DNA from: an uncultured bacterium
GTDB taxonomy: Bacteria; Hydrogenedentota; Hydrogenedentia; Hydrogenedentales; JAEUWI01
DNA length: 11,016 nucleotides
Direction of reading: 5' to 3'
NCBI GenBank assembly: GCA_963977445.1
Contig: CAXBPH010000235.1
Location: 1-11,016 of the forward strand
In this document: piece after piece, positions 6,562 to 11,016 of the stretch
Numbering within the stretch: position 1 is the first letter of the stretch
How the letters are laid out: each line of letters begins with the position of its first letter
Notes under the pieces: model-generated
Told to the model about the DNA's origin: nothing
Databases searched by the model: none
Seen by the model: the letters and a program-made list of their open reading frames with translations, nothing else
Made by a program: the position numbers and the translations under genes

Positions 6562-7731
6562 ATGCAGTTGGATGCCACATTCAGTGTGACCTATTCACAC
6601 CGACTCCGGTGTACACACGGCGTGTTTCGCTCCGAAAACACCCTTTTGACCGATCTCTTATCCACCAATGCCGGTGTTCCTGCCCGCGTGGTGGCCTTTG
6701 TCGATGCCGGCCTCGCCGAAGCGGCCCCCGGCTATCTCGCGGAGATGCAGTCCTTTTTCGACGCCAACGCGTCCACAATACAGCTGGTCGCCCCACCCCA
6801 GATTCTTCCGGGAGGCGAGACCGCCAAAAAGGACCGAAAAACCCTCGACCGCGCCCTCGAAATCATCAGTGAAACCCACATGTGCCGCCACTCCTATGTC
6901 CTCGTGGTGGGTGGGGGTGCCCTGTTGGATTGCGTTGGTCTGGCCGCGTCGCTGGCCCACCGGGGCGTCCGTCTCATCCGCGTGGCCACCACGACCTTGA
7001 GCCAATCCGACTCGGCCTTGGGCGTAAAAAACGGTATCAACGCCTTTAACCAGAAAAACTATCTCGGCGTCTATGACGTGCCCTGGGCCGTCATACATGA
7101 CGAAGCCACCCTGGCCACCCTCAGTGATGGCGATTGGACCTCCGGTTTCAGCGAAGCCGTCAAGGTGGCCCTCTTGAAAGACAAGGCCCTCTTTGAACGC
7201 ATCGAGCGCGATGCCGATGCCATTCGACTGCGCGATGAAGCCGCAGGCGTGCCCGTCATCCGCGAATCGGCAAAACACCATTTTGACCACATCACCTGCA
7301 ATGGGGACCCCTTCGAACGGGGTGATGCCCGCCCCCTCGACTTTGGTCACTGGGCGGCCCATAAGCTGGAACAGATGAGCGGCTACGCCATTCGCCATGG
7401 TGCCGCCGTCGCCATTGGTCTCGCCATCGACGTGACCTATGCCCGACTTCAGGGCTGGCTCGGAGAAATCCCCCACGAGCGGATTCTTCACACCCTGGAA
7501 ACCCTCGGTTTTGAATTGCGCCATCCCCTACTCGCCGAAAAAGCAGCCCTCATGGGCGGACTCGCCGAATTCCAGGAACACCTGGGCGGCGTTCGCTCCA
7601 TCCCCATGATACGCGATATTGGCGACGCCTTTGAAGTCCACGAAATTGATGACGCCATCATGGCCCAGGCCCTCGACTGGCTCCGCGCCTGGGAGCCCGC
7701 GGTCGCCGCTTCCGGAAGGAATTGCCCATGA
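6562..7731 (+). CDS. eboD: 3-dehydroquinate-synthase-like sugar phosphate cyclase, EboD type
   Basis: Motifs PGGETAK, GGGALLD, HRGVRLIR, SDSALGVKNGIN...KNYLG, SEAVKVAL, GDPFERGDARPLDFGHWAAHKLE and RHGAAVAIG. The PLDFGHW/HKLE and EFQEHLGG segments are typical of EboD rather than AroB (LNFGHT). The start is placed at ATG 6562 (MQLDATFSV), giving 389 aa. Confidence 0.8.
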   Translation: MQLDATFSVTYSHRLRCTHGVFRSENTLLTDLLSTNAGVPARVVAFVDAGLAEAAPGYLAEMQSFFDANASTIQLVAPPQILPGGETAKKDRKTLDRALEIISETHMCRHSYVLVVGGGALLDCVGLAASLAHRGVRLIRVATTTLSQSDSALGVKNGINAFNQKNYLGVYDVPWAVIHDEATLATLSDGDWTSGFSEAVKVALLKDKALFERIERDADAIRLRDEAAGVPVIRESAKHHFDHITCNGDPFERGDARPLDFGHWAAHKLEQMSGYAIRHGAAVAIGLAIDVTYARLQGWLGEIPHERILHTLETLGFELRHPLLAEKAALMGGLAEFQEHLGGVRSIPMIRDIGDAFEVHEIDDAIMAQALDWLRAWEPAVAASGRNCP

Positions 7732-8036
7732 AGTACGAAACTTCCTGCCCCCTGTCCCACCGCGAAATCGTGGATACCTACTACCTCGAACACCGCGCTA
7801 AACTTATCGACATCGCCGCATTCTTCGACCGCCTCGAACGGGCCGCCGATGGTACACCAGACAAAGACGATTTTCGGGTGACCGCCCTTCGCGATGCCCT
7901 TAATTTGTTAGGCGATGGTGAGGGTGAACGGGCCAAACGGGTCCTCGACCTCCTCAGCGACCCCACCACCGAAATACCCCAATCCGCAGCAGGCACCAAA
8001 GGCGCACTCGGCGCCGCACCGGAGGGATCGAAATGA
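7728..8036 (+). CDS. Small hypothetical, predicted helical protein (102 aa)
   Basis: MKYETSCPLSHREIVDTYYLEHRAKLIDIAAFFDRLERA...RAKRVLDLLSDPT. AAGGA RBS at 7716-7720. ATGA overlaps with both neighbours (7728-7731 and 8033-8036). Amphipathic helical pattern. Confidence 0.85.
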   Translation: MKYETSCPLSHREIVDTYYLEHRAKLIDIAAFFDRLERAADGTPDKDDFRVTALRDALNLLGDGEGERAKRVLDLLSDPTTEIPQSAAGTKGALGAAPEGSK

Positions 8037-8839
8037 ACTACATCGAACCCCACGGCCACATGGTCTCCCGCACCACCGACGACTACGAACGCATGGCCCT
8101 CGCTGGCTGCGTCGCCATCTCCGAACCCGCCTTCTGGGCCGGCTATGATCGCGCCTCCGTCAAAGGCTTCTTCGACTACTTCCGCCAGCTCACCGAATAC
8201 GAGCCCGCCCGAGCGAAGAAATTCGGCATCCAGCACTTCTGCTGGATCTGCATCAATCCCAAAGAAGGCGACGACCCCGGTTTTGCCCGGGAAGTAATCG
8301 AAATCATCCCCGAATTCCTCAAGCGCCCCAACGTGTTGGGCGTCGGCGAAATCGGACTCAACAAGAACACGAAAAACGAGCTCCTCATTCTCGAAGAGCA
8401 AATCGACCTGGCCGTGAAACACAACCAGCTCATCCTGGTCCATACCCCCCATCTCGAAGACAAACACAAGGGCACCCGCATCATCATGGACGCCCTCCTC
8501 AGCCGTGGCGACGTGGACCCCGGCCGCGTCCTCATCGATCACGTGGAAGAGCACACCGTCGCCGAAGTTCTCGACAACGGATTCTGGGCGGGCATGACCC
8601 TCTACCCCGAAACCAAATGCACCAGCCAGCGCGCCGCCGACATCATAGAAATGCACGGCACCGAGCGCCTCTGGATGAACTCCGCCTGCGATTGGGGCAT
8701 CAGCGATCCCCTCGCCGTACCCAAGGCCCGCATCGAATTAAAACGCCGCGGCCATTCCGAAGCAGTCATCAAGACACTGACCTACGACAACCCCCACACC
8801 TTCCTCAGCCAATCACCGAATTTTGTGTTGGCGGGATAG
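8033..8839 (+). CDS. eboB: TatD-family metallohydrolase, EboB type
   Basis: N-terminal EPHGHMVSRTTDDYERM...EPAFW is the EboB-like signature. Further motifs are INPKE, GEIGL, VHTPH, IDHV, YPETK and NSACDWGISDPLAVPK. GGAGG RBS at 8021-8025. Confidence 0.85.
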   Translation: MNYIEPHGHMVSRTTDDYERMALAGCVAISEPAFWAGYDRASVKGFFDYFRQLTEYEPARAKKFGIQHFCWICINPKEGDDPGFAREVIEIIPEFLKRPNVLGVGEIGLNKNTKNELLILEEQIDLAVKHNQLILVHTPHLEDKHKGTRIIMDALLSRGDVDPGRVLIDHVEEHTVAEVLDNGFWAGMTLYPETKCTSQRAADIIEMHGTERLWMNSACDWGISDPLAVPKARIELKRRGHSEAVIKTLTYDNPHTFLSQSPNFVLAG

Positions 8840-8843
8840 CGCC

Positions 8844-8994
8844 ACGGGACTCAGACATTCCTGTCTGAGATTTACACAACCCCAGGAGACAACGGGACTC
8901 AGACATTCCTGTCTGAGATTTACACAACCCCAGGAGCCAACGGGGCTCAGACATTCCTGTCTGAGATTTACACAACCCCAGGAGCCAACGGGAC
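8844..8994. repeat. Tandem array of 3 full plus 1 partial 48-bp units, each with a perfect 8-bp hairpin (REP-like)
   Basis: Unit ACGGGACTCAGACATTCCTGTCTGAGATTTACACAACCCCAGGAG(A/C)CA starts at 8844, 8892 and 8940, with a partial ACGGGAC at 8988. The stem is CTCAGACA-ttcc-TGTCTGAG. Only two positions vary between units. The array lies between convergent genes. Confidence 0.97.
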
Positions 8995-9128
8995 GGTCAT
9001 CGATTCACGCCCCAAGCGAATAAGGGACTGTACCGGCAGTACGGGAAGCCCACACAGCAAGGTCGGCCACCCAGATGAAAGCCAAGCACTCGCTCTGTCA
9101 ACCGTCAACTGCCGCAGTGCCCCCACTG

Positions 9129-10085
9129 CTACACAATCTTTTTCTTCGCCCCCGTCTTGGCGCTCGACGCACCCGTCTTCCCCTTCGGAAAAACAATCGA
9201 ATTCTCGACCCGCTCATCAATACAGGCAAGAAGAAAGTCAATAAAGCGTTGGGCATAGGGGTTGTCCCCCTTGGCACCCACGTAGCTCATCACCGAGGTG
9301 TTGGGTAATTCCGGCAGAACGTCCGTAATAATGGGCATGTCTTCCAACACCGCCGATCGCGGCAACACACTCACACCCAGTCCGGCACGAATCGCCGATT
9401 GAACCGCCTGCACGGCATTCGCATCGATCGACATCTTCCACGGCGAGCCAATCTTCGTCAGGGCGTCGAAGGCAATCTGACGATAGCTGCAGGGTGGATG
9501 CATGAGCACCAACTCGACGGGCGCCGTCGGGTCGTCGGCCAGGTTGCACGTTCCGGTCCACACCAGGGGCTCTTCCCAGAGCATCTGGCCATTCCTCGCT
9601 TCCGGTCCGGCAAAGACCACATCCAACTCACCCCGCTTCAGGCGCCGAAACAGGCTCCCACCGAGGCCAAGAACGAGGCTGAGATCGCAATTGGGGTGGG
9701 CCCGCCGGAATCGGGCCAGCAAGGTGTGCAGGTGCTGGGGCGCGAGGTATTCGGCAAAGCCCACGCGCAGCAGGGTACTTTCGTCCGGCGCGGTTACCGC
9801 CAGATACGCCTCGTCGGCCAGCTCAAGAATCCGTCGGGCATAGCTGACAAAGGTCTCCCCCGCCGGAGTGAGTGACAGGGATCGACTCGTACGCTCCAGT
9901 AGCCTGGTACCCAGCTTGTCTTCCAGCTTGGCAATCTGGAGACTTACGGCGGACTGGGTGCGGTAGATCCGCTTTGCCGCCGCCGAGAAACTCCCCTCCT
10001 CCACCACCGCCACCAGGGCCCGCAGACTAATCAGGTCGGAATCCAGCTTAAATTGCGACTTATTCGATTTACTCATAGGTATCAT
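9129..10085 (-). CDS. LysR-family transcriptional regulator
   Basis: HTH LRALVAVVEEGSFSAAAKRIYRTQSAVSLQIAKLEDKLGTRLLERTSRSLSLTPAGE, followed by a substrate-binding domain (LRVG, FRRAHP, GELDV, AGLGVSVLP). The start may be 10076 instead. Confidence 0.96.
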   Translation of the reverse strand: MIPMSKSNKSQFKLDSDLISLRALVAVVEEGSFSAAAKRIYRTQSAVSLQIAKLEDKLGTRLLERTSRSLSLTPAGETFVSYARRILELADEAYLAVTAPDESTLLRVGFAEYLAPQHLHTLLARFRRAHPNCDLSLVLGLGGSLFRRLKRGELDVVFAGPEARNGQMLWEEPLVWTGTCNLADDPTAPVELVLMHPPCSYRQIAFDALTKIGSPWKMSIDANAVQAVQSAIRAGLGVSVLPRSAVLEDMPIITDVLPELPNTSVMSYVGAKGDNPYAQRFIDFLLACIDERVENSIVFPKGKTGASSAKTGAKKKIV

Positions 10086-10098
10086 TCCAATTACTCGT

Positions 10099-10127
10099 TT
10101 TACTTATTCTAAATTGCAGTATATACT
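10099..10127 (+). promoter_or_regulatory. Putative sigma70 promoter for the oxidoreductase gene
   Basis: TTTACT (10099-10104), 17 nt, TATACT (10122-10127). Confidence 0.55.
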
Positions 10128-10146
10128 CCAGTTGAGAGTGAGTCAA
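10118..10146 (-). promoter_or_regulatory. Putative sigma70 promoter for lysR
   Basis: Minus strand TTGACT (10146-10141), 17 nt, TATACT (10123-10118). Both boxes match the consensus at 5 of 6 positions. Confidence 0.7.
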
Positions 10147-10147
10147 C
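10131..10147. promoter_or_regulatory. Candidate LysR binding dyad (T-N11-A)
   Basis: GTTGA-gagtgag-TCAAC, with T10133-N11-A10145, located between the divergent lysR and oxidoreductase genes. Confidence 0.45.
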
Positions 10148-10239
10148 AGCCGCTGGCAGTGAGCGCGTAAAGGCGAATACTCCCCTGTGACGCGCCTCCC
10201 CAAGCCAACCGGATACGAACAATAAGGAGAATTTGGACG

Positions 10240-11016
10240 ATGAAAGCTATTGGATACAATCAGGCAGGCCCCATAACCGCAGCCGATGCCCTCATCGATT
10301 TTGAAGCCGACACCCCCGAGATTGGACCCCACGATTTGCTGGTAGAAGTTAAGGGCATCTCCGTCAACCCGGTCGACGTAAAAGTCCGCCAAGCCATGGG
10401 ACCGGAAAAGGGCACCAAAATCATTGGTTACGATGCCGCCGGTATCGTCCGGGAAGTGGGCAACGACGTCACCGCCTTCAAGGTGGGCGATGAAGTGTTC
10501 TACGCAGGGGATATTACACGACCCGGCACGAATTCCGAGTTTCATGCGGTAGACGAGCGCATCGTGGGGAAAAAGCCCAAGTCCCTCGACTTCGCCGAAG
10601 CGGCCGGATTCCCGCTGACCTCCATCACCGCCTGGGAACTCCTCTTTGATTCCCTGGGCGTCAAGGAAGGCGAAGGCCAGGGCGATAGCCTCCTGATTAT
10701 CGGTGGTGCGGGCGGCGTCGGCTCCATTCTCATCCAGCTCGCCAAAAAACTCACGGGCCTCACCGTCATCGCCACCGCCTCCCGTCCCGATACCACCGAG
10801 TGGGTCAAAAAGATGGGCGCCGACCATGTCATCAACCACCGCGAGTCCCTCGTCGACCAAATGAAAGCCCTGGGTATTTCCCCCCGCTACGTGGCATCGC
10901 TGAACGGAACAAGCGGCCATTTCGCTTCTGTCCTCGAGCTCATCAAGCCCCGTGGCCATGTGGCCTTCATCGACGACCCCGACGTGCTCGACATTAAAGC
11001 GGGCAAAACCAAATCC
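10240..11016 (+). CDS. Medium-chain dehydrogenase/reductase, 'zinc-binding alcohol dehydrogenase family' / NADPH:quinone oxidoreductase-like, 3'-truncated
   Basis: Manual translation gives [50 protein letters not shown]...GYDAAG...[29 protein letters not shown]...[13 protein letters not shown]...[26 protein letters not shown] at 10224-10229. The frame is open to the window end. NPVD replaces the catalytic-Zn Cys motif. Confidence 0.95.
   Translation, partial: MKAIGYNQAGPITAADALIDFEADTPEIGPHDLLVEVKGISVNPVDVKVRQAMGPEKGTKIIGYDAAGIVREVGNDVTAFKVGDEVFYAGDITRPGTNSEFHAVDERIVGKKPKSLDFAEAAGFPLTSITAWELLFDSLGVKEGEGQGDSLLIIGGAGGVGSILIQLAKKLTGLTVIATASRPDTTEWVKKMGADHVINHRESLVDQMKALGISPRYVASLNGTSGHFASVLELIKPRGHVAFIDDPDVLDIKAGKTKS

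Noticed and set aside
6264..6872. 202-aa plus-strand ORF over the intergenic region
   Set aside because: It runs across the promoters and operators and overlaps eboD out of frame. The composition is Arg/Cys-rich and not protein-like.
6562..7731. Calling the cyclase aroB (shikimate pathway)
   Set aside because: There is no aroK or other aro context, the LNxGHT motif is altered, and the gene is coupled to an EboB-type TatD.
6658..8656. Long minus-strand ORFs 6658-7524 and 7781-8656 (likewise plus-strand 1042-1626, 2292-3194 and 5476-6066)
   Set aside because: They lie opposite well-supported genes, have no recognisable motifs, and are expected in GC-rich, codon-biased DNA.
8844..8994. CRISPR array interpretation of the palindromic repeats
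   Set aside because: The 22-nt segments between the palindromes are essentially identical rather than unique spacers, and no cas genes are in the window.
8823..9023. 66-aa ORF with TGLRHSCLRFTQPQE repeats
   Set aside because: It is a by-product of a 48-nt repeat whose length is a multiple of 3. It has a non-ATG start inside eboB and no RBS.
9114..9129. Hairpin GCAGTG-cccc-CACTGC at the lysR stop as a terminator
   Set aside because: The stem is only 6 bp and has no U-tract on either strand.
10069..10959. 296-aa minus-strand ORF
   Set aside because: It is the antisense shadow of the MDR oxidoreductase that starts at 10240 on the plus strand.

Overview
Bacterial chromosomal window with three gene blocks and no mobile-element genes; taxonomy cannot be read from the sequence. 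(1) A leftward operon (6225 to beyond the left edge) encodes a divergent class III PLP aminotransferase, a DeoR/GlpR repressor, an FGGY sugar kinase, an L-arabinose-isomerase-like protein and a sodium:solute symporter. Its sigma70-like promoter is followed by GlpR-like 10-bp operator repeats. This combination suggests an uncharacterised amino-sugar or amino-polyol catabolic pathway. (2) A divergent rightward three-gene unit, joined by ATGA overlaps, encodes an EboD-like sugar-phosphate cyclase, a 102-aa hypothetical protein and an EboB-like TatD hydrolase. It looks like a partial ebo cluster, with a ~160-nt structured leader upstream and a 3.1 x 48-bp palindromic tandem array downstream. (3) A LysR regulator is divergent from an MDR/quinone-oxidoreductase-type gene truncated at the right edge; the two appear to share a symmetric bidirectional promoter. 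A REPIN-like element lies at 832-924. The two edge genes (1-777 minus, 10240-11016 plus) are missing from the ORF track and were translated by hand. All family calls come from motif recognition, not database searches.
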